Assembly (NCBI RefSeq): GCF_018069705.1
Contig: NZ_CP072943.1
Coordinates: forward strand, 1,011,260-1,043,259
Reading direction: 5' to 3'
DNA from: Aminithiophilus ramosus
Lineage (GTDB): Bacteria; Synergistota; Synergistia; Synergistales; Aminithiophilaceae
DNA length: 32,000 bases
Shown: positions 18,967 to 26,983 of the stretch, one piece after another
Layout of the letters: every line of letters begins with the position of its first letter
Numbering within the stretch: the stretch's first letter is position 1
Notes under the pieces: generated by a model
Told to the model about the DNA's origin: nothing
The model's input: only the letters and a program-made list of their open reading frames with translations
Database searches by the model: none
Position numbers and translations under genes: made by a program

Positions 18967-20254
18967 CGCCTTCGACCTCCTTCAGTTCCTCTTCGCTCAG
19001 GATTTCCCGGGGATCGGTGATGTGCCCCGTAAGGGCCGTCGCCGCCGCCACGAGGGGGCTGGCCAGGTAGAGTTCGCTCCCGGGATGGCCCATGCGTCCC
19101 ACGAAGTTGCGGTTGCTCGTCGCGAGGCAGCGCTCGCCCGAGGCGAGAATGCCCATATGGCCGCCCAGGCAGGGTCCGCAGGTGGGCGTGCAGACGACGG
19201 CGCCCGCTTCGGCGAAGGTCGTCAGGTAACCTCGGCGGAGCGATTCGGACCAGACCTCGTAGGAGGCGGGAATGATGATGCAGCGCAGTCCGTCACGAAC
19301 CTGACGCCCCCGGAGAAGGCGGGCCGCCAGGGCCATGTCGCGGAGACGGCCGTTGGTGCAGGAGCCGATGAAGACCTGATCGACGTCCACGCCGGAGGCC
19401 TCGCCCACGGAGCGGACGTTGGCCGGGGAGTGGGGAAAGGCCACCTGAGGTTCGAGAGAGGTCACGTCGATTTCGACCGTCTCGGCGTAGAAGGCTCCCT
19501 CGTCGGGGAAAAGGGCCGTGAAGGGACGCGCGGCCCGGGCCCCGGCATAGGCGAGCGTCTTCTCGTCGGGGACGAAGAGGCCCGCCTTGGCTCCGCCCTC
19601 GACGGCCATGTTGGCCACGGTGAAACGGTCGTCCATGGGGAGATCGGCTAGGGCCCCTCCCTCGAACTGGAAGGCCTTGTAGCGGGCTCCCTGAGTCCCG
19701 AGACGGCCCAGAAGGGCCAGGATCAGGTCCTTTCCTGTGATCCAGGGACGACGCCTTCCCGAGAAAAGAACGCGGACCGTCGGCGGGACCATGAGCCACG
19801 ACTCGCCCAGGGCCCAGACGGCGGCCAGATCCGTCGACCCGACTCCCGTCGAGAAGGCCCCCAGGGCACCGCCGGTGCAGGTATGACTGTCGGCGCCGAA
19901 GACGAGATCGCCGGGGAGGATGTAGCCCTTTTCGGGAAGAAAGGCATGCTCGACGCCGACGCGCCCCACTTCCCAGTAGAGCATGCCCTGATCCTGAGCG
20001 AAGAGGCGGGCCGTCTTGGCCTGCTCGGCGGCGGCGATATCCTTGTTGGGCGTGAAATGATCGGGGAGAATGGCGCAGCGCTCCCTGTCGAAGACCTTCT
20101 CGGCACCCATGTCGCGGAAGGCGTTGATGGCCGGGGCGCCGGTGATGTCATTGGTGAAGGCGAAATCGACCTTGACGGAACAGATGGCCCCCACGTCGGC
20201 GGGATCGGGGCTATGGGAGGCGATGAGGGCCTCTGCCAGCGTTCTTTTTTTCAC
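18956..20254 (-). CDS. Isopropylmalate dehydratase-family large subunit (LeuC-like, 4Fe-4S)
   Basis: FGADSHTCTGGALGAFSTGVGSTD, VFIGSCTNGRLRD, CTPTCGPCLGGHMG, ATSNRNFVGRMGH. Confidence 0.94.
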   Translation of the reverse strand: MKKRTLAEALIASHSPDPADVGAICSVKVDFAFTNDITGAPAINAFRDMGAEKVFDRERCAILPDHFTPNKDIAAAEQAKTARLFAQDQGMLYWEVGRVGVEHAFLPEKGYILPGDLVFGADSHTCTGGALGAFSTGVGSTDLAAVWALGESWLMVPPTVRVLFSGRRRPWITGKDLILALLGRLGTQGARYKAFQFEGGALADLPMDDRFTVANMAVEGGAKAGLFVPDEKTLAYAGARAARPFTALFPDEGAFYAETVEIDVTSLEPQVAFPHSPANVRSVGEASGVDVDQVFIGSCTNGRLRDMALAARLLRGRQVRDGLRCIIIPASYEVWSESLRRGYLTTFAEAGAVVCTPTCGPCLGGHMGILASGERCLATSNRNFVGRMGHPGSELYLASPLVAAATALTGHITDPREILSEEELKEVEGDEH

Positions 20255-20368
20255 TCCATGTCACCTCTTTCACGTTTTTCGACGGAACGGGACGCTCTCG
20301 GACTCAGCTCGGCTCGGACGTGACGGGAAGCCCCCCTTTGAGCAAATTCCACGCATGAAGACGAAAAA

Positions 20369-20398
20369 GGCCGGGGTCCCTCTTCTGGGATCCCGGCC
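20369..20398 (-). terminator. Rho-independent terminator in the leader of the leuC-like operon (candidate attenuator)
   Basis: Stem GGCCGGGATCCC/GGGACCCCGGCC with a 6-nt loop followed by TTTTTC on the minus strand, 115 nt upstream of the leuC-like start. Confidence 0.85.
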
Positions 20399-20430
20399 CT
20401 CGGACGCCGAAAGGCGCGCGGAGGCACGCC

Positions 20431-20502
20431 TCAGACAGCCTCGGGGGAGACCCCGAAGCCAATAAGTCGCCGCACGGAAGAGAACACCTTTTGTTGGAAC
20501 AT
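20431..20502 (-). CDS. Candidate 23-aa leader peptide MFQQKVFSSVRRLIGFGVSPEAV
   Basis: ATG 20502 behind GGGAGGGAG; located between the promoter and the leader terminator. Confidence 0.35.
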   Translation of the reverse strand: MFQQKVFSSVRRLIGFGVSPEAV

Positions 20503-20558
20503 AACCCGATCTCCCTCCCGTCGAATTAACTGCAAGGCCCCTCAGGAAATTGTGACGT

Positions 20559-20587
20559 ATCCTAACGCCGCAGGTCCAATCTGTCAA
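20559..20587 (-). promoter_or_regulatory. Promoter of the leuC-like operon
   Basis: Minus strand TTGACA (20587-20582), 17-nt spacer, TAGGAT (20564-20559). Confidence 0.7.
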
Positions 20588-20603
20588 CCCCGGTTTCGGG
20601 CGA
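20588..20603. repeat. 16-bp direct repeat, unit 1 (CCCCGGTTTCGGGCGA)
   Basis: Exact match to units at 22121-22136 and 23649-23664. Confidence 0.95.
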
Positions 20604-20604
20604 T

Positions 20605-22120
20605 TGTCGCCGGACAATGGTATTGTCACTCGTGAAGAGGACAGGGAAAATGTCACTTATGACGACCAGGAGAGACCTACTCATGAAGACAAAAGAAGCA
20701 AGGCGCTTGGGGTTGGTGGAAGAGGCTGTCGCGGGCAACCTGACGGTTCAGGAGGTGGCCGATCGGCTCGGTCTGAGCCGCCGTCAGGTCTTTCGGCTCA
20801 AACGACGCTACCGGGAAGAAGGAGCGCAGGGGCTCCTGCACAAGGGACGAGGCAAACCGTCCCGGCGCAGAATCTCTCAGGAGACACGGGATTTCGTCGT
20901 CAGTCTGGCCAAGGGTCTTTACAGGGATACGAGCTGTCAGCACATGGCCGAACTCCTTGCCGAAGAGCATGATCTCGTGCTGAGCGCCAAGAGCATCGCC
21001 CGTTTCCTTCGCGCGGAGAACCTGTCCCTCGTTCATCGCCACCGGGCCCCGAAGCGGCGTTCCCGCAGGGTCCGACGGTCCCGACGAGGCGATCTGGTCC
21101 AGATGGACGCCTCTCCTTTCGATTGGTTCGAGATCGGTGAGCGTTGCACTCTCCACGGCGTGGACGATGCCACAGGAGAGGTCCTCGGTCTGTGGATGGC
21201 CAGGAATGAGTGCCTCTTCGGCTACTTCCGCGTGCTCCGTCAGATGCTTGATCGCCACGGCGTGCCTCGCGAGCTTTACGCCGACCGCCACACCATCTTC
21301 CTTTCTCCCAAGTCGGAAAAACTGACGATCAAGGAGGAGCTGGAGGACTCGGCGCCTGTAACCCAGTTCGGCCGCGCTCTGGAGGCTCTCGGAACTCGCT
21401 ATGTCCCTGCAGGGTCTCCCCAGGCGAAGGGGCGGATCGAAAGGCTCTGGGGAACTCTTCAGGATCGTCTCGTCGTCGCCTTCCGACTGGCCGGAGTGAA
21501 AACGATCGAAGAGGCCAACGTCCTGCTCGCCGCCTACCCGGGAGAGGTCCATAACCCGAGGTTCGCTCGTCCTCCCGCAGAGGGGGCATCTGCCTTTCTC
21601 CCTCCGCCGGACGGACCCGCTCTCGATCTCCTCCTGACTCGCCAGACCGACCGGAAGGCCTCGGGAGACTCGACGATTTCCCTCGACGGAAAACAGTACG
21701 CCCTGATAGGCCCCCGCAGACGCCCCCTGCTTCTTGCCAGGGGACAGGCGGTCAAGGTCATCGAGAAGCTCGACGGGAAACTCCTGGCTCTTGTCCATGA
21801 CGGGCTCTACGATCTCGCAGCCGTCGACAAAGAGCCCCCTGCGACTCCCCCGCCTGTCATCGAGACGAAGACAGGCACTCCATGCAAAACGAAGAAGCAG
21901 AGGAAGCCGGCGGCAGACCATCCCTGGCGACAGAATCCCGCTCCTCCTGCCGCGGCGGTCGGCTCCGAGCAAGGGACGGGTTCCCCTCCCTAGAAGGACC
22001 TCCGCCGCGGAGGAAAGCCAAGGCGGGCTGTTGACGGGGGCGATTTCAGCCCCTCGAAAGCGACACTTTCATTGTCCCTCAGACCCTCTTTTTAGATGAC
22101 ATTTTTAGTGTCCCTTGACA
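20605..22120 (+). mobile_element. ISNCY/IS1202-like insertion sequence, copy 1 (about 1516 bp)
   Basis: Imperfect terminal repeats TGTCGCCGGACAATGGTATTGTCACTCGTGAAGAGG and TGTCAAGGGACACTAAAAATGTCATCTAAAAAGAGG (the latter read on the minus strand from 22120), flanked by CCCCGGTTTCGGGCGA on both sides. Confidence 0.88.
20683..21993 (+). CDS. ISNCY family transposase (helix-turn-helix plus DDE integrase core)
   Basis: MKTKEARRLGLVEEAVAGNLTVQEVADRLGLSRRQVFRLKRRYREEGAQGLLHKGRGKPS...LVQMDASPFDWF...ELYADRHTIF...GSPQAKGRIERLWGTLQDRLV. Start could be 20659. Confidence 0.88.
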   Translation: MKTKEARRLGLVEEAVAGNLTVQEVADRLGLSRRQVFRLKRRYREEGAQGLLHKGRGKPSRRRISQETRDFVVSLAKGLYRDTSCQHMAELLAEEHDLVLSAKSIARFLRAENLSLVHRHRAPKRRSRRVRRSRRGDLVQMDASPFDWFEIGERCTLHGVDDATGEVLGLWMARNECLFGYFRVLRQMLDRHGVPRELYADRHTIFLSPKSEKLTIKEELEDSAPVTQFGRALEALGTRYVPAGSPQAKGRIERLWGTLQDRLVVAFRLAGVKTIEEANVLLAAYPGEVHNPRFARPPAEGASAFLPPPDGPALDLLLTRQTDRKASGDSTISLDGKQYALIGPRRRPLLLARGQAVKVIEKLDGKLLALVHDGLYDLAAVDKEPPATPPPVIETKTGTPCKTKKQRKPAADHPWRQNPAPPAAAVGSEQGTGSPP

Positions 22121-22136
22121 CCCCGGTTTCGGGCGA
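22121..22136. repeat. 16-bp direct repeat, unit 2, between the two IS copies
   Basis: Exact CCCCGGTTTCGGGCGA. Confidence 0.95.
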
Positions 22137-23648
22137 TGTCGCCGGACAATGGTATTGTCACTCGTGAAGAGGACAGGGAAAATGTCACTTATGACGACCA
22201 GGAGAGACCTACTCATGAAGACAAAAGAAGCAAGGCGCTTGGGGTTGGTGGAAGAGGCTGGGGCAACCTGACGGTTCAGGAGGTGGCCGATCGGCTCGGG
22301 CTGAGCCGCCGTCAGGTCTTTCGGCTCAAACGACGCTACCGGGAAGAGGGAGCGCAGGGGCTCCTGCACAAGGGACGAGGCAAACCGTCCCGGCGCAGAA
22401 TCTGTCAGGAGACACGGGATTTCGTCGTCAGTCTGGCCAAGGGTCTTTACAGGGATACGAGCTGTCAGCACATGGCCGAACTCCTTGCCGAAGAGCATGA
22501 TCTCGTGCTGAGCGCCAAGAGCATCGCCCGTTTCCTTCGCGCGGAGAACCTGTCCCTCGTTCATCGCCACCGGGCCCCGAAGCGGCGTTCCCGCAGGGTC
22601 CGACGGTCCCGACGAGGCGATCTGGTCCAGATGGACGCCTCTCCTTTCGATTGGTTCGAGATCGGTGAGCGTTGCACTCTCCACGGCGTGGACGATGCCA
22701 CAGGAGAGGTCCTCGGTCTGTGGATGGCCAGGAATGAGTGCCTCTTCGGCTACTTCCGCGTGCTCCGTCAGATGCTTGATCGCCACGGCGTGCCTCGCGA
22801 GCTTTACGCCGACCGCCACACCATCTTCCTTTCTCCCAAGTCGGAAAAACTGACGATCAAGGAGGAGCTGGAGGACTCGGCGCCTGTAACCCAGTTCGGC
22901 CGCGCTCTGGAGGTTCTCGGAACTCGCTATGTCCCTGCAGGGTCTCCCCAGGCGAAGGGGCGGATCGAAAGGCTCTGGGGAACTCTTCAGGATCGTCTCG
23001 TCGTCGCCTTCCGACTGGCCGGAGTGAAAACGATCGAAGAGGCCAACGTCCTGCTCGCCGCCTACCCGGGAGAGGTCCATAACCCGAGGTTCGCTCGTCC
23101 TCCCGCAGAGGGGGCATCTGCCTTTCTCCCTCCGCCGGACGGCCCCGCTCTCGATCTCCTCCTGACTCGCCAGACCGACCGGAAGGCCTCGGGAGACTCG
23201 ACGATTTCCCTCGACGGAAAACAGTACTCCCTGATAGGCCCCCGCAGACGCCCCCTGCTTCTTGCCAGGGGACAGGCGGTCAAGGTCATCGAGAAGCTCG
23301 ACGGGAAACTCCTGGCTCTTGTCCATGACGGGCTCTACGATCTCGCAGCCGTCGACAAAGAGCCCCCTGCGACTCCCCCGCCTGTCATCGAGACGAAGAC
23401 AGGCACTCCATGCAAAACGAAGAAGCAGAGGAAGCCGGCGGCAGACCATCCCTGGCGACAGAATCCCGCTCCTCCTGCCGCGGCGGTCGGCTCCGAGCAA
23501 GGGACGGGTTCCCCTCCCTAGAAGGACCTCCGCCGCGGAGGAAAGCCAAGGCGGGCTGTTGACGGGGGCGATTTCAGCCCCTCGAAAGCGACACTTTCAT
23601 TGTCCCTCAGACCCTCTTTTTAGATGACATTTTTAGTGTCCCTTGACA
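22137..23648 (+). mobile_element. ISNCY/IS1202-like insertion sequence, copy 2 (about 1512 bp)
   Basis: Same ends and nearly identical body to copy 1; flanked by CCCCGGTTTCGGGCGA at 22121-22136 and 23649-23664. Confidence 0.88.
22216..23521 (+). pseudogene. Frameshifted ISNCY transposase (copy 2)
   Basis: gaggctgTCGCgggcaacctg in copy 1 is gaggctggggcaacctg in copy 2, a 4-nt deletion. The native start frame ends soon after, and the downstream frame is open only by extension into unrelated upstream sequence. Confidence 0.85.
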
Positions 23649-24814
23649 CCCCGGTTTCGGGCGAGAAAGGCCAGGGCCGAGGCGGCGTAGTAGGCCACGC
23701 CGCAGGGAAGGGCCCTTTCGTCGATGTCGAAGCGAGGATGATGATGGGGCCATAGGGCGGCCCCGTCGCTGCCGACGCCCAAGAAGGCAAAGTGAGCCGG
23801 GACATGGCCGCCGTAAAAGGCGAAATCCTCGCTGACGGCGACGGGAGCCATGGAGACGATCCGATCGGCGCCAAAAAGGGCCGCGACGACGGAAGAAGCC
23901 GCTTCGGCAAGCTCGGCATCGTTCGCCGTCACGGGACAGAGCTCGTCGTAGGTCACCATCGCCTCGGCCCCGAAGGCCGAGGCCGTCGACTGGGCGACAC
24001 GTTCCACGCGAGCCCGGGTCCCCTTCTGAAGCTCTTCATCGAAGGCGCGCACCGTTCCTTCGATGCGCCCCTCCCCTGCGATGATGTTCCAGAGGGATCC
24101 GCAGCGCAGCGTCCCAAGGGAGAGGACAAGGGACTTGAGGGGATCCGTCTCGCGGCTTACGACGGTCTGGAGGTTCATGACGACGGCGGAAGCGGCCACG
24201 ACGGCATCGACGGTCTGATGAGGCTTTCCGGCATGACCGCCCCGACCTCGGATGTCGATGGCGAGGCGATCGCAGGAGGCCATGCGAGGCCCGGCCTCGA
24301 CGGAAAAGGTTCCCGAGGGGAGATCGATCCAGACATGAAGACCGAAGAGGGCCTCGACACCCTCCAGAGCGCCGCCGTCGACCATCAGGCGGGCTCCGGC
24401 CGAGATCTCCTCTCCGGGCTGAAAAAGGAGACGGACCGTGCCCGCAAAGGACCGTCGCCGCGCGAGAATCCCTGCGGCTCCGAGGAGCATGGCCGTATGG
24501 GCATCGTGACCGCAGCCATGCATCAGCCCCGGGCGACATGAGGCATAGTCTTTTTCGCTTTCCTCCTGAAGGACGAGGGCGTCCATATCGGCCCTGAGGG
24601 CCACGACAGGTCCGTCAGCGTCGCCGACGATGTCGGCGACGACGGCCGTCTCCCCCAGGCGGCGAGGAGCCAGTCCCAGGCGTCGCAACTCCCTCTCGAC
24701 GGAAGCGGCCGTCTCGAATTCCTTGAGGCTCTCCTCGGGATGACGATGGAAATGGCGCCTCAAAGTCCGAACCTCTTCCTCCATGGACAGGGCCTCAAGA
24801 GCGATCTCTTTCAT
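23633..24814 (-). CDS. M20 family amidohydrolase/aminoacylase, C-terminus altered by IS insertion
   Basis: FHRHPEESLKEFETA, LRADMDALVLQEE, GLMHGCGHDAHTAMLLGAA, RGRGGHAGKPHQTVD. The last residues (VKGH) and the stop codon come from the IS end. Confidence 0.92.
   Translation of the reverse strand: MKEIALEALSMEEEVRTLRRHFHRHPEESLKEFETAASVERELRRLGLAPRRLGETAVVADIVGDADGPVVALRADMDALVLQEESEKDYASCRPGLMHGCGHDAHTAMLLGAAGILARRRSFAGTVRLLFQPGEEISAGARLMVDGGALEGVEALFGLHVWIDLPSGTFSVEAGPRMASCDRLAIDIRGRGGHAGKPHQTVDAVVAASAVVMNLQTVVSRETDPLKSLVLSLGTLRCGSLWNIIAGEGRIEGTVRAFDEELQKGTRARVERVAQSTASAFGAEAMVTYDELCPVTANDAELAEAASSVVAALFGADRIVSMAPVAVSEDFAFYGGHVPAHFAFLGVGSDGAALWPHHHPRFDIDERALPCGVAYYAASALAFLARNRGVKGH
23649..23664. 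repeat. 16-bp direct repeat, unit 3
   Basis: Exact CCCCGGTTTCGGGCGA. Confidence 0.95.
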
Positions 24815-25120
24815 GGTCCTCCTCCTTCCCTGACAGGGGCCTTGAGCCTAGCCCTCCCGCTCCTGCCTGTCAATCGGCGGGATATCCGCCTAGATCGGCA
24901 GGCAAAAACAGGATGGAAGTCCATCGGCCCGGCCAGGAGGCGCCTGAAGGGCGGAGTCGACGGCCTCGACCCCGCGCCGGCGAGATGATTGGAACGGACC
25001 TTGAATCGGCGGATCCGACGGAGCTCCCCTTGAAGAGCCCGCGGATCCAGGGTGACGCTTTTCGATTGGCTTTCTATTGAGTAGTGGAACGGGAGAGCCT
25101 TTTAAGATGCCATCAATATC

Positions 25121-25191
25121 ACCTCGTTGGTGTGGGTTTGGGTGTGGTAACCAAAACTCTATCGCCGCTCTAGCAGCGGTGCCAACGAGGT
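25121..25191. ncRNA. Candidate structured element (three-way-junction-like)
   Basis: Outer perfect 10-bp arms ACCTCGTTGG (25121-25130) and CCAACGAGGT (25182-25191), enclosing GTTTGG...CCAAAAC and CCGCT-CTAG-CAGCGG hairpins. Confidence 0.4.
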
Positions 25192-25235
25192 CTTTCTATG
25201 TCTTTAGCCTGCGGATCCAGGGAAACAGGAGAGAC

Positions 25236-25265
25236 TTGACAGAAGGACACAGGGGAGAGTAAGGT
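25236..25265 (+). promoter_or_regulatory. Candidate promoter for the symporter leader
   Basis: TTGACA (25236-25241), 18-nt spacer, TAAGGT (25260-25265), the same -10 hexamer as the hrcA promoter. Confidence 0.5.
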
Positions 25266-25420
25266 GCTTGAGCGCGTCATGCAGCAATATCACCGTTCCG
25301 GGGAGGTGTCGACCTTGTCCTGCAGGAAACCGCTTCAGACCTCTCGATTTTATTTTTATTACGTTGTCGCGGGGAGCCTGCCTGGTCTGGTCGGCGTCTG
25401 AGATGACGTGGACAAGAAAA

Positions 25421-25449
25421 CCGGCGGGCCCCCTCAGGGGGTCCGCTTT
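25421..25449 (+). terminator. Rho-independent terminator in the leader of the symporter gene
   Basis: GCGGGCCCCC-TCA-GGGGGTCCGC followed by TTTTTT; coordinates accurate to a few nt. Confidence 0.88.
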
Positions 25450-25499
25450 TTTGTTCCCGTCCTTATCGAGTGGAGTTCGAGAAAGGAGAGAGAAGAAAG

Positions 25500-26951
25500 G
25501 TGAACGTACAACTTGTCATTTTGGTGATTTACGCCATCGTTCTGGCCGCCATTTCGGCGGCGGCCTCGAAGTTGAGGCAGAAAAGCAAGGGAGAGGCCCT
25601 GGAATATCTCCTGGCCGGGAGAAGGCTGCCGGCCGTCGTCGTCGCCGCCATGCTAGCCGGTCTGGCCATAGGAGGCGTCTCCACCGTAGGCGTCGCGCAG
25701 GACGCCTACAACCGGGGCCTTTCGGCCGGCTGGTACAACGCGGCCTGGGGCATCAGCGGCATCGTCGTCGGTCTTTTCGCCGCCTCCTTTTTCCGCCGCA
25801 GCGGCGTCACGACCATCCCCGAAATGATGGGACGTCTCTACGGTCGCAAGGCCCGCTTCGTCGGAGCCCTGGCCCAGATCCTGGTCCTCATGGTCATCAC
25901 CTCCCTGCAGTACGTGGCGGGAGGCGCCATCCTGACGGCCATCCTTCCTGCCGTCTTCACCTTCAAGACGGGCATGATCGCCACGGCCCTCCTCTTCGTC
26001 GGCATCGCCTTCATCGGCGGCTACTGGGCCGGAGGGATCAGCAACATCCTCAACGTCGTCGTCATCTATGTGGGCATCATCGCCGCTCTCATCGCCGCGA
26101 CGGGGCAGTTCGGCGGCTGGGACAACGTCGTCGCCGCCCTTCCTCCCGACAGGCCCTGGTTCGACTGGACGGCCGGAGCGGGAGTGGCCGTCATCGCCGC
26201 CTGGATGGTCGTCATGCTCACTCAGGCCTTCTCTCTCCAGGCCGTCTCCCAGATCGCCTTCGCCGCAAAAGACGCCCCGACGGCCCGTCGCGGCTTCATC
26301 CTCGGCGGCATCATCATCCTTCCCGCCGGCTTCCTCTGCGCCCTCTTCGGCGTTCTCGCCGCCGCACAGTTCCCCCACCTGGAAAACGCCGCCATGGCCC
26401 TGCCCACCTTGGCGACGGCCATCAATCCCCTCATCGGCGGCCTCTTCCTGGCCGGACTCTGGGCTGCCGACATCTCCACCGCCGTGGCCCTCCTCCTGGG
26501 CAGTTCGACTCTCGTCGTCGAGGATATCGTCAAATCCCTGCTGCCTGAAAAAAGCTGGAGAGGGCGGGAGATGTTTCTCTCCCGCACCGTGATCCTCGTC
26601 GTCAGTCTCGGGACCTTCTTCCTGGCCCTGACGGCGGCCGATATTCTCAGGACGGTGACGACGGCTCTGGCCATAACGGCCTCCTTCACCCTCCTCATCC
26701 TCTCTCGCCTTCTCGTCCCCTCTCTATGCCGTCGAGCCAACGGATTCTGGACCATCGCCACCTCCCTTCTCGTCTGGCTCCTCTGGACCTTCGTCCCCTC
26801 CTTCCGCATCACGCCCCACATCGTCTACCTCGAATGGCCCCTCTGCCTGACGGCCTTCGTCCTCTCCTCCCTCCTCGGCCGGGAGGGACTGCCCGCGGAG
26901 GAGCTCTCTCCGTCGGAACTCACCGTCGCCCCCGCCGCCGAAGGGGAGTAA
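25500..26951 (+). CDS. Sodium:solute symporter (SSS) family transporter
   Basis: Multi-pass membrane protein; LLAGRRLPAVVVAAMLAGLAIGGVSTVGVAQDAY, PEMMGRLYGRKARFVG. GTG 25500 behind AAGGAGAG; ORF track start is 25470. Confidence 0.88.
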   Translation: MNVQLVILVIYAIVLAAISAAASKLRQKSKGEALEYLLAGRRLPAVVVAAMLAGLAIGGVSTVGVAQDAYNRGLSAGWYNAAWGISGIVVGLFAASFFRRSGVTTIPEMMGRLYGRKARFVGALAQILVLMVITSLQYVAGGAILTAILPAVFTFKTGMIATALLFVGIAFIGGYWAGGISNILNVVVIYVGIIAALIAATGQFGGWDNVVAALPPDRPWFDWTAGAGVAVIAAWMVVMLTQAFSLQAVSQIAFAAKDAPTARRGFILGGIIILPAGFLCALFGVLAAAQFPHLENAAMALPTLATAINPLIGGLFLAGLWAADISTAVALLLGSSTLVVEDIVKSLLPEKSWRGREMFLSRTVILVVSLGTFFLALTAADILRTVTTALAITASFTLLILSRLLVPSLCRRANGFWTIATSLLVWLLWTFVPSFRITPHIVYLEWPLCLTAFVLSSLLGREGLPAEELSPSELTVAPAAEGE

Positions 26952-26983
26952 GATAGCTTCCAAACCCCAAAGGAGATGGTCCC

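Noticed and set aside
20677-23500. 431-aa and 473-aa minus-strand ORFs (20677..21972, 22079..23500)
   Set aside because: They mirror the ISNCY transposase copies; the plus-strand product has clear HTH and DDE-type motifs.
25380-25410. CTGAGAT in the symporter leader as a TPP riboswitch signature
   Set aside because: The other conserved TPP aptamer segments (GAACCTGATC..., GCGTAGGGA) are absent.
25268-26548. 426-aa plus-strand ORF overlapping the symporter
   Set aside because: Wrong frame of the symporter gene, with Arg/Ser/His-rich low-complexity translation.
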